Shown one piece after another: positions 1-6,433 of a DNA stretch of 32,000 nucleotides. Position numbers and translations under genes: made by a program. Source of the stretch: Tannockella kyphosi (lineage in GTDB: Bacteria > Bacillota_I > Bacilli_A > Erysipelotrichales > Coprobacillaceae); assembly GCF_021054785.1 (NCBI RefSeq), contig NZ_CP088239.1, positions 360,001-392,000 on the forward strand, read 5' to 3'. Every line of letters begins with the position of its first letter. Position 1 is the stretch's first letter. The notes under the pieces were generated by a model that was not told the origin of the DNA, did not search any database, and was given only the letters and a program-made list of their open reading frames with translations.

Positions 1-183
1 AATGTTTCTACTGATTTTATTTTAGAGTTAACAAATAAACCAGATCAACAATATAACCAAGGCAAAACTTTGGTAGATAATAAACACTTTGTATCCATAC
101 CAGACTCTTTGTGGGATGTAGAAGTAGCAATTGATGAATTTGAGTTATTAAAGGAGTTTATCGTTTATAAATACAATAAATAA
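1..183 (+). CDS. 3' end of an unidentified CDS (partial, continues upstream of the window)
   Basis: Frame 1 is open from the window edge to TAA at 181-183 (...DEFELLKEFIVYKYNK*). I recognise no motif. Confidence 0.35.
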   Translation, partial: NVSTDFILELTNKPDQQYNQGKTLVDNKHFVSIPDSLWDVEVAIDEFELLKEFIVYKYNK

Positions 184-184
184 G

Positions 185-880
185 ATATATCGCATTGCAA
201 TATGTGATGATGACCAACAATTTTTAGAAAAACTTCAGCAACACTTCAAACCTTATTTACATAAAATAGAACTCACATCTTATCAAGATCCTAATGAATT
301 ATTAGAAAATATAAAACATTATCATGCAATACTAATAGATTATGAAATGAAAACGATGACAGCTTTTGATCTATTAGAAAAAATTAGAAAAGAAAACATT
401 TTAAAAGTTATCATTAGCTCTCATAATGAATATATTTATCAAAGCTTTGCATATCATATTTTCTGGTATATCCAAAAACAACAGTTATCAAAATACTTTC
501 CTATTATGATGGAAAAGTTAATAGAACAGATGGAACAAAATAACCAAAGGATAATATTAAATGAGGGCAGTGTTCATATTAATATTCCTAAAGAGGAAAT
601 AAGATATATAGAAAAACAAAAGAATTATCTTTATATTCACGCAAATCAAACATATAAAATTAGATATTCATTTAAAGACTTTGTTGTTCAATTTTATGAC
701 GATGATTTTGTAATACCAATATATGGAACAATGGTTCACATCCAAAATATAAGGTATGTACATAGTGGTAGAAAGCATCTTATATTATGGGACGATACAA
801 CATTACCAATTAGCTATACCCATAAAAACAATCTCTTACAAAGAACAAATGCATATAAAATGAAAAGACCAAACAGTTAG
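185..880 (+). CDS. LytTR-family response regulator (AgrA-like); start codon uncertain
   Basis: ORF 347..880 carries a C-terminal LytTR-type DNA-binding region (IRYIEKQKNYLYIHANQTYKIRYSFKDF). The same frame stays open upstream to 152. That stretch encodes the receiver N-terminus (KIYRIAICDDDQQFLEKL...HAILIDYEM), including the acidic DDD pocket and the likely phospho-acceptor Asp. It contains no ATG, GTG or TTG. AAGGAG lies at 151-156. Confidence 0.7.
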   Translation: MYRIAICDDDQQFLEKLQQHFKPYLHKIELTSYQDPNELLENIKHYHAILIDYEMKTMTAFDLLEKIRKENILKVIISSHNEYIYQSFAYHIFWYIQKQQLSKYFPIMMEKLIEQMEQNNQRIILNEGSVHINIPKEEIRYIEKQKNYLYIHANQTYKIRYSFKDFVVQFYDDDFVIPIYGTMVHIQNIRYVHSGRKHLILWDDTTLPISYTHKNNLLQRTNAYKMKRPNS

Positions 881-891
881 TTTGGTCTTTT
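863..891. terminator. Bidirectional intrinsic terminator between the convergent regulator and agrD genes
   Basis: Perfect 12-bp stem AAAAGACCAAAC (863-874) / GTTTGGTCTTTT (880-891) with a 5-nt loop. A/T runs flank it on both strands. Confidence 0.7.
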
Positions 892-909
892 AAAAGAAAG
901 AGTGATTTT

Positions 910-1035
910 TTATTTGTTATTTAATTTGGCAGGCATTTCTGGTTCATATAACCAGAAGAATGTTCCAATATTGCTTGCTGAAAGTGCAATAGCACAGATA
1001 CCTAAACATAATAATGATTTAAATTGTTTTTTCAT
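910..1035 (-). CDS. agrD: AgrD-like autoinducing-peptide precursor (41 aa, below the ORF-track length cutoff)
   Basis: The reverse strand reads AAGGAG-N8-ATG and encodes MKKQFKSLLCLGICAIALSASNIGTFFWLYEPEMPAKLNNK*. It has a basic/amphipathic N-terminus, a hydrophobic core and a C-terminal YEPEMPAKL tail. That tail aligns with S. aureus AgrD DEVEVPKEL. The gene sits immediately downstream of agrB and overlaps it by 17 nt. Confidence 0.75.
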   Translation of the reverse strand: MKKQFKSLLCLGICAIALSASNIGTFFWLYEPEMPAKLNNK

Positions 1036-1534
1036 GTGATAATCTCCTTAATATAATTAATAATATAGTTATTAGTACTGCTAAAAACATACAAAAACTA
1101 ATAGTAGAATTTAAGCAATACACGATGTAAAAAGCAATGAACATGATACCGTGGATAAATAAGTTCTTTTCATAAGAAACTAAGTAATTAATTACTAATA
1201 ACACTGCAAAAACATAATATATATATCTAGGCGCAGCTACTGTATGTATCATCGTTGTTGTTAAAAACATGAGAATATTAGAACATATAGTACATTGTAA
1301 AAATGTTTTGCAGTGATAGCTTTTATGTGCTTTACGAAAAGGGACAAAAATAATATTAAATAAAACAAATTCATAAAACAACCCACATGTAATAGAGACT
1401 AGTATTGCTAATGCAGTGTTAATGGTTGTTGTTATTATTGCTTCGATACCATATCTTAATATTTGAATGTCCTCTAAGTCATCGCTTACTGTAATTTTAT
1501 GTGCTAACTTATTTGATAATCCAATAATGTTCAT
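1019..1534 (-). CDS. agrB: AgrB-family membrane peptidase (AIP propeptide processing)
   Basis: 171-aa polytopic membrane protein. FRKAHKSYHCKTFLQCTICS has the AgrB-type Arg...His-x6-Cys catalytic spacing. It is followed by an AgrD-like ORF and lies next to an AgrC-type kinase. Confidence 0.75.
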   Translation of the reverse strand: MNIIGLSNKLAHKITVSDDLEDIQILRYGIEAIITTTINTALAILVSITCGLFYEFVLFNIIFVPFRKAHKSYHCKTFLQCTICSNILMFLTTTMIHTVAAPRYIYYVFAVLLVINYLVSYEKNLFIHGIMFIAFYIVYCLNSTISFCMFLAVLITILLIILRRLSHEKTI

Positions 1535-1570
1535 ATAAATCTCCTTCTTTCTACGAAATCATACTAAAAT

Positions 1571-1620
1571 AGTGTGGAATTGTAAACAATGTGGTAAAAT
1601 TATAACAATAGAGGTAAAAT
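1571..1620. promoter_or_regulatory. Candidate LytTR-box direct repeats in the agrB/agrC divergent intergenic region
   Basis: GGTAAAAT occurs at 1593-1600 and again at 1613-1620, a 20-bp period. TGTGGA at 1573 and TGTGGT at 1590 add a second pair. The region lies between divergently transcribed agrB (start 1534) and the kinase gene (start 1631). Confidence 0.35.
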
Positions 1621-1630
1621 ATGGAGGTTT

Positions 1631-2926
1631 TTGATGGATATAGTCATTTTATTAGTTTTTGCTTTTGGAGAAATGTTTTTATGTTTGTTGTTATGTGATG
1701 TATTTTTGAAGTATAAAGATACAAAGTTAGGGACAAAGATTATTTTGTCTGTTGTTTATGGTGTAATGATGCACTATGTGGGTGTGGTTGATAATAATGG
1801 TATTTTTTCATTTGTAATCTTTTTGTTTTGTTTATTTGTTTATGGTTATTTATCAACGGGGACAAATTTTAGAAAAATAATAATGACAGTATTTTTGGTT
1901 GCAGTGAATTTAATGGTTATTAATGCATTATTTTTGGTATTAGCGTTTTTAAGTGCGGAATCAACTACTAGTTTGTTGAATGGTACAGAATCAGAGGTGC
2001 TAAATTTTTATACATTGTTAAGTAAAGCAGCTTTATATTTTGAATATTTATGTTTGAAACAAAGAAATTCAAATCAAGTCTATTTTGATCAAATAGTATG
2101 GAAATGGGTTGCTTGTATTAGTGTTACTTCTTTAGTTATTTGTCATATTTGTTTTTATGAATATATTCAAAATAATATGAATTTATTTTCTACTTTCTCA
2201 GTTTTTATAGGAGCAATTGTGACAAATATATTAGTTTATGTTTTATGTATGGAGTTATCGAATAGTGCTAGGGAAGGAGTAAGAAAACAAATATTGATTG
2301 AAGCAATTCGTTATGAACAACAATCACAAATAGAAATGGAGAGTTTAGTTGATAAGATGTCAAAGATAAGCCATGATTTTGATAAACATATTTTGGTTAT
2401 TGAAGATATGATTGATAAAAATGATACATGTTTGGCAAAAGAATATTTGAATAAAATAAAGCTATCTTCTAGACAAGTGGTTTTTAATACCAATAGTAGT
2501 GTTTTAAATTATATGTTAAGCAATAAAGTGAGTTATGCTAAAAACTTAGGAATTGATGTTCATTATATGGTGTTTGGTCATGAGGTTAGTTATATAGATG
2601 ATGTTGATATGACAGGGTTGGTAGGTAATTTGTTAGATAATGCGATTGAAGCAGCAGGGCAGTCTAAAGAAAAACAAATTGAATTACGATTTGATTTTCA
2701 AGATGAACATGTTTCTACATTTTTAGTGAAAAATAGTTTAAATCATGAAATAAAGAAGAATGGTAAAAATCTTGTTACTACCAAAGCTGATAAACAGGGT
2801 CATGGGATAGGGATGAGCGTTATTCAAGAAATAGTAGAAAAATATCAGGGACAAGATTATTATCAAATAGAAGAGAATCAGTTTTCTCATTTGTGCATAT
2901 TGTTAGATAATGAAAAGATAGCTTAG
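1631..2926 (+). CDS. agrC: AgrC-type (HPK10) membrane sensor histidine kinase
   Basis: About 6 N-terminal TM segments. H-box ISHDFDKH, N-box GNLLDNAIEA, G-box GHGIGMSVIQEI. GGAGG lies at 1623-1627. The ATG at 1634 is an equally good start as the TTG at 1631. Confidence 0.8.
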   Translation: MMDIVILLVFAFGEMFLCLLLCDVFLKYKDTKLGTKIILSVVYGVMMHYVGVVDNNGIFSFVIFLFCLFVYGYLSTGTNFRKIIMTVFLVAVNLMVINALFLVLAFLSAESTTSLLNGTESEVLNFYTLLSKAALYFEYLCLKQRNSNQVYFDQIVWKWVACISVTSLVICHICFYEYIQNNMNLFSTFSVFIGAIVTNILVYVLCMELSNSAREGVRKQILIEAIRYEQQSQIEMESLVDKMSKISHDFDKHILVIEDMIDKNDTCLAKEYLNKIKLSSRQVVFNTNSSVLNYMLSNKVSYAKNLGIDVHYMVFGHEVSYIDDVDMTGLVGNLLDNAIEAAGQSKEKQIELRFDFQDEHVSTFLVKNSLNHEIKKNGKNLVTTKADKQGHGIGMSVIQEIVEKYQGQDYYQIEENQFSHLCILLDNEKIA

Positions 2927-3010
2927 TTTTTTGTAGTTTGTTTTCTGGTTTTGGAAAAAAACTTTTTTTATTTGGGAATGGTGTATAGTTTGGTAAGGGA
3001 GAGTGAGATC

Positions 3011-4183
3011 ATGGATAAAAAAACAAATAAAGTATTAGATATAAAATATATTGCTATCCAAATATTTTATTTAATGAATTATTGTGCAATGTTGGGATAT
3101 GCTTCGGTTTATTTATTAGAATTAGGGTTTAGTAATGGACAAATAGGGATTAGTTTAGCAATGTCTAGTGTGGTTAGTGTTATTTGTCAGCCAATTATTG
3201 CGTCTTTTGTAGATAAACATAGAGAGGTTTCTTTAAATACTGTTATTAAAATAGCTTTAACATTAGTTGTAATAGCTTCTGCTATTTTATATTTCTTATC
3301 TTTGGATAAAATAGTATTAATTGTATTACATGCTTTTGTTTTAGTGATATTACTGACATTACAACCACTTATTAATTCCATTGCTTTTGGTTTTGAAAAA
3401 CAAGGCTATGTATTGAATTTTGGTCTTGCTAGAGGGATGGGATCAGTGGCTTATGCTTTCACTTCTTTGGGATTAGGTATTTTATTAGAATCAGTATCAG
3501 CAACTATTTTGCCATTATGTTATATGGTGATAAGTATGATCTTGTTTATGTTTATTCATACTTTTGCCCTAAAACAAGAAAATATAGTAGAAAAAGAAGT
3601 AGTAAGTCAATTAAGTTTGTTAGGTTTTGTAAAAAAATACAAACGAGTAATGATTGTATTAGCAGGAGTAGTATTTGTTTATTTAGATCATGCTATTATT
3701 AACAACTTTTTTATCCAAATTGTAACAAATGTTGGTGGTACAAGTTCTAGTATGGGGAAAGCAATCTTTTTAGCGGCAATGTTAGAATTACCGACAATGA
3801 CTTTCTTTACCTTGTTTTTAAAGAAAATAAAATGTAGCAATCTATTTAAAATAGCAGTAATATTCTTTTCTATAAAGCATGTGATTACTTACTTAGCATC
3901 AAGTATGTTTGTTATTTATATAGCCCAAGCTACACAAATAGCAGGGTATGCATTGTTTATACCGGCTTCTGTTTATTATATGAATGAAGTAGTTGAAAAT
4001 AGTGATTTAACGAAAGGACAAGCGATGTTAACAGGGGCAATTACGTTAAGTAATGTGTTTGCTAGTTTAATTGGAGGAATCTTGTTAGATGCGTATGGAG
4101 TAAGTACTGTTTTATTAATAGGAGCTGTTGGTTCGATTATAGGAACAGTTATTGTATGTATGGGTTTAGTCAGCATCAAGTAA
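3011..4183 (+). CDS. MFS-type transporter (12-TM-like)
   Basis: Highly hydrophobic multi-TM protein with MFS-like organisation. I prefer the ATG at 3011, preceded by GGGAGAGTGAG, over the ORF-track TTG at 2951. Confidence 0.6.
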   Translation: MDKKTNKVLDIKYIAIQIFYLMNYCAMLGYASVYLLELGFSNGQIGISLAMSSVVSVICQPIIASFVDKHREVSLNTVIKIALTLVVIASAILYFLSLDKIVLIVLHAFVLVILLTLQPLINSIAFGFEKQGYVLNFGLARGMGSVAYAFTSLGLGILLESVSATILPLCYMVISMILFMFIHTFALKQENIVEKEVVSQLSLLGFVKKYKRVMIVLAGVVFVYLDHAIINNFFIQIVTNVGGTSSSMGKAIFLAAMLELPTMTFFTLFLKKIKCSNLFKIAVIFFSIKHVITYLASSMFVIYIAQATQIAGYALFIPASVYYMNEVVENSDLTKGQAMLTGAITLSNVFASLIGGILLDAYGVSTVLLIGAVGSIIGTVIVCMGLVSIK

Positions 4184-4239
4184 TTGGTGCTTTTTTAATG
4201 GGCGCTTTTTTGTTATAATGCTATGAGGAGGAATTTTAT

Positions 4240-5118
4240 ATGCTAGACTTTCGTATTGATACATTTATTGCTGTGTGCAAACATATGAATTTCACTCATG
4301 CCGCACAAGAGTTGAATATAACTCAACCAGCTGTATCACAACATATTAAATATTTACAAGAAGTGTATGGGGTGGATTTGTTTGAACATCATGGAAAAAA
4401 GATATTTCTTACTAAATCAGGATCCTATTTATTGAGTATTGTTACAACAATGAAACATGATGATTTATTTTTACGTGAAAAAATAAAAGAAAAAGAAATA
4501 CAAAGAATGTCATTTGGAACTACTTTAACAGTAGGCCAATATTTATTAACAGATAAAATGATTCGTTTTGTAAAACAACATGAAGATGTTACTTTATCGA
4601 TGCAAGTATTTAATACAGCAATCTTGTTAGAAAAGATAGATAGTGGTCAAATTGACTTTGCCATGATTGAAGGAAACTTTAATAAACAAGAATATGATTA
4701 TTTAGTTTACAATCAGCAACCTTTTGTAGCTGTTTGTAGTAAAGAATTCCCATTATTATATGATGAATACACAATAGAACAATTGTTTCAAGAAAGAGTT
4801 ATTTTAAGAGAAGCGGGATCAGGGAATAGAGATATTTTAGAACGTTATCTAAAAGAACGTAATTATACATTAGATGAATTTGAAAATCATATCGAAATTA
4901 ATAATATTCAAGCTATTATTCGTTTTGTTCAGTCTAATTGTGGAATTTCTTTTGTTTATCGTAAAACCATAGAAAAAGAATTAAAATCAAAAACAATCAA
5001 GGAAATACCTATCAAGGATTTCCCAATAGAACATAATATTTCGTTAGTTTGGCGTAAAAACAGTGTTTTTGCACCAACATATCAAACTATATTTAAGGAG
5101 TTAAAAAAAGATGATTAA
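4240..5118 (+). CDS. LysR-family transcriptional regulator
   Basis: N-terminal wHTH FTHAAQELNITQPAVSQHIKYLQEVYGVDLF plus a LysR substrate-binding-length C-terminus. RBS GAGGAGG lies upstream. Confidence 0.9.
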   Translation: MLDFRIDTFIAVCKHMNFTHAAQELNITQPAVSQHIKYLQEVYGVDLFEHHGKKIFLTKSGSYLLSIVTTMKHDDLFLREKIKEKEIQRMSFGTTLTVGQYLLTDKMIRFVKQHEDVTLSMQVFNTAILLEKIDSGQIDFAMIEGNFNKQEYDYLVYNQQPFVAVCSKEFPLLYDEYTIEQLFQERVILREAGSGNRDILERYLKERNYTLDEFENHIEINNIQAIIRFVQSNCGISFVYRKTIEKELKSKTIKEIPIKDFPIEHNISLVWRKNSVFAPTYQTIFKELKKDD

Positions 5119-6034
5119 CCAATATATTGAAAACTTACAATACAAAGAAGCATTAGAATTATTAGAAAACATGGAAGATGAACAAACTAGGTATTATCGA
5201 TTAGTTTGTTTGTATGGTTTACAAGATTATCAACAAGCTAAAAAAGAAGCGATGCAAGCTAAGATGTTAGCACAAGATACTTATTATGATGTTGTTGCAA
5301 TGCAGTTAAGTATTTTAAAAGAATTAGAAGAATTTGAAGATGCAATTAATATTGTAGTAGAAGAATTATCAATGCCTTATATCCCATATCAATATGAGAC
5401 AACATTTGATACAGCATATGATGAACTATTACTAGCAAAACAAGAAATGAATCAAGATAATCTAACAAATGCAACGATCTTTGATCTAGATGATATTGAA
5501 TCTATTTTATCAAAAGAACAAACTAATGAAGATTTGCTTTATTTAGCTATCGAACAAATGCAAAAATTAAACATTAGAAGACTCATACCAAGCATCCGTT
5601 CTTTTTTACAAAAGAATAGTAATACTGCTTTTGCAAAGAGTTTATTAATAGAACTAATGATAGAACAAGATATTGATGAAGAATTTATTGTATTAAAAGA
5701 TGGAGCAGAGTATGACATTAACCCTAGTTTTGCACCAATGGTTTTACAACAAGATTTTGTATCGTCTGTTTTAGAATTATTATCTAGTCATGTTGAAGAT
5801 GATAATCCATCTTTATATATGATGTGCGAGCAATTCGCTAACTATTATTTTTATACCATGTATCCAAAATACATAGATGATCTAGAAGTATCCCTTATTG
5901 CTGGTGCTATTCACTATTATCTATGTATGTTACAGTATATGGAAGTAGATTTAGCAGATATTGAAGCGTCTTATCATGTGGAAGGACAAGAAATATTGGA
6001 TATGCTAGACTCATTTAAGAAGATTGAATTCTAA
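5111..6034 (+). CDS. Hypothetical acidic cytoplasmic protein (helical/TPR-like N-terminus)
   Basis: 307-aa ORF. AAGGAG at 5095-5100. Its start overlaps the LysR stop by 8 nt. No catalytic motif recognised. Confidence 0.5.
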   Translation: MINQYIENLQYKEALELLENMEDEQTRYYRLVCLYGLQDYQQAKKEAMQAKMLAQDTYYDVVAMQLSILKELEEFEDAINIVVEELSMPYIPYQYETTFDTAYDELLLAKQEMNQDNLTNATIFDLDDIESILSKEQTNEDLLYLAIEQMQKLNIRRLIPSIRSFLQKNSNTAFAKSLLIELMIEQDIDEEFIVLKDGAEYDINPSFAPMVLQQDFVSSVLELLSSHVEDDNPSLYMMCEQFANYYFYTMYPKYIDDLEVSLIAGAIHYYLCMLQYMEVDLADIEASYHVEGQEILDMLDSFKKIEF

Positions 6035-6050
6035 AACTATATATAAATTG

Positions 6051-6073
6051 GTGGGATTAAACAAAAATCCCAC
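6051..6073 (+). terminator. Hairpin after the LysR/hypothetical gene pair
   Basis: GTGGGATT-aaacaaa-AATCCCAC stem-loop 17 nt after the stop. The downstream T-tract is weak. Confidence 0.45.
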
Positions 6074-6131
6074 TTAATTCATATTAAATTCAAAAAAGTA
6101 TGTAAAAATGATATTTTTTTTATTAAACCTA

Positions 6132-6159
6132 TTGACATTGTATGGAATATCTCTATAAT
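6132..6159 (+). promoter_or_regulatory. Sigma-A-type promoter of the pilus operon leader
   Basis: TTGACA (6132-6137), 16-nt spacer, TATAAT (6154-6159), directly upstream of the first riboswitch. Confidence 0.65.
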
Positions 6160-6175
6160 AAAGGGTGTAAAGTAT

Positions 6176-6256
6176 ATCAACCAAAGGTAAAACTATCGTG
6201 AGATAGTGACACAAAGCTATAGGGACTCTGTGGGGGAGTCAGCCAGTTACAATCCA
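6176..6256 (+). promoter_or_regulatory. c-di-GMP-I (GEMM-I) riboswitch aptamer, copy 1
   Basis: GGTAAAAC-TATC-GTGA(GNRA)-GATAG-TGACACAAAGCTATAGGGACTC-tgtgggg-GAGTCAGCCAGTTAC. This matches the GEMM-I architecture: GGYAAA, a GNRA-capped P1b, GACRCAAAGC, a P2 hairpin, then AGCC.G.UAC. Confidence 0.8.
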
Positions 6257-6287
6257 TATCATAAATGATTTGATATAGATTTTTTTA
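6252..6287 (+). terminator. Expression-platform terminator of riboswitch 1
   Basis: ATCCATATCA / TGATATAGAT stem (9 of 10 bp) with a 9-nt loop, followed by T7. Confidence 0.55.
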
Positions 6288-6366
6288 ACTAATAAAATAG
6301 GTAAAGCCATCGCAAGGTGGTGACACAAAGCTATAGGGACTCGGGGGAGTCAGCCAGTTGCAAACG
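6288..6366 (+). promoter_or_regulatory. c-di-GMP-I (GEMM-I) riboswitch aptamer, copy 2
   Basis: GGTAAAGCCATC-GCAA(GNRA)-GGTGG-TGACACAAAGCTATAGGGACTC-gggg-GAGTCAGCCAGTTGC. The core is identical to copy 1. The P1b stem differs but keeps its pairing through compensatory changes. Confidence 0.8.
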
Positions 6367-6403
6367 AGAATGATATTATTCTAGGTTTGCATTTTTTATT
6401 TTG
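6359..6403 (+). terminator. Expression-platform terminator of riboswitch 2
   Basis: TGCAAAC-g-AGAAT-gatatt-ATTCT-ag-GTTTGCA followed by TTTTTTATTTT. The 5' arm overlaps the aptamer's 3' end (CAGTTGCA). Confidence 0.75.
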
Positions 6404-6433
6404 AAAATCAAATTAAACCGGAGGTGAAGGGCC

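Noticed and set aside
880-1018. The region downstream of agrB as a non-coding terminator-only spacer
   Set aside because: It contains a well-formed 41-codon ORF with an RBS and an AgrD-like C-terminal motif. I therefore reclassified it as a CDS (see features and findings).
2311-4179. Short ORFs nested in or antisense to the kinase and MFS genes (2311..2493 -, 3187..3381 -, 3517..3702 +, 3976..4179 -)
   Set aside because: They lie entirely inside longer ORFs that have clear domain signatures. They have low-complexity Ile/Lys/Ser-rich translations typical of AT-rich antisense frames, and no RBS.
6176-6366. The two ~75-nt near-identical segments considered as a plain DNA repeat, a CRISPR-like unit or an insertion scar
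   Set aside because: There are only two copies and no spacer/repeat periodicity. Both fold into the GEMM-I consensus with compensatory stem changes, so they are better explained as tandem riboswitch aptamers.
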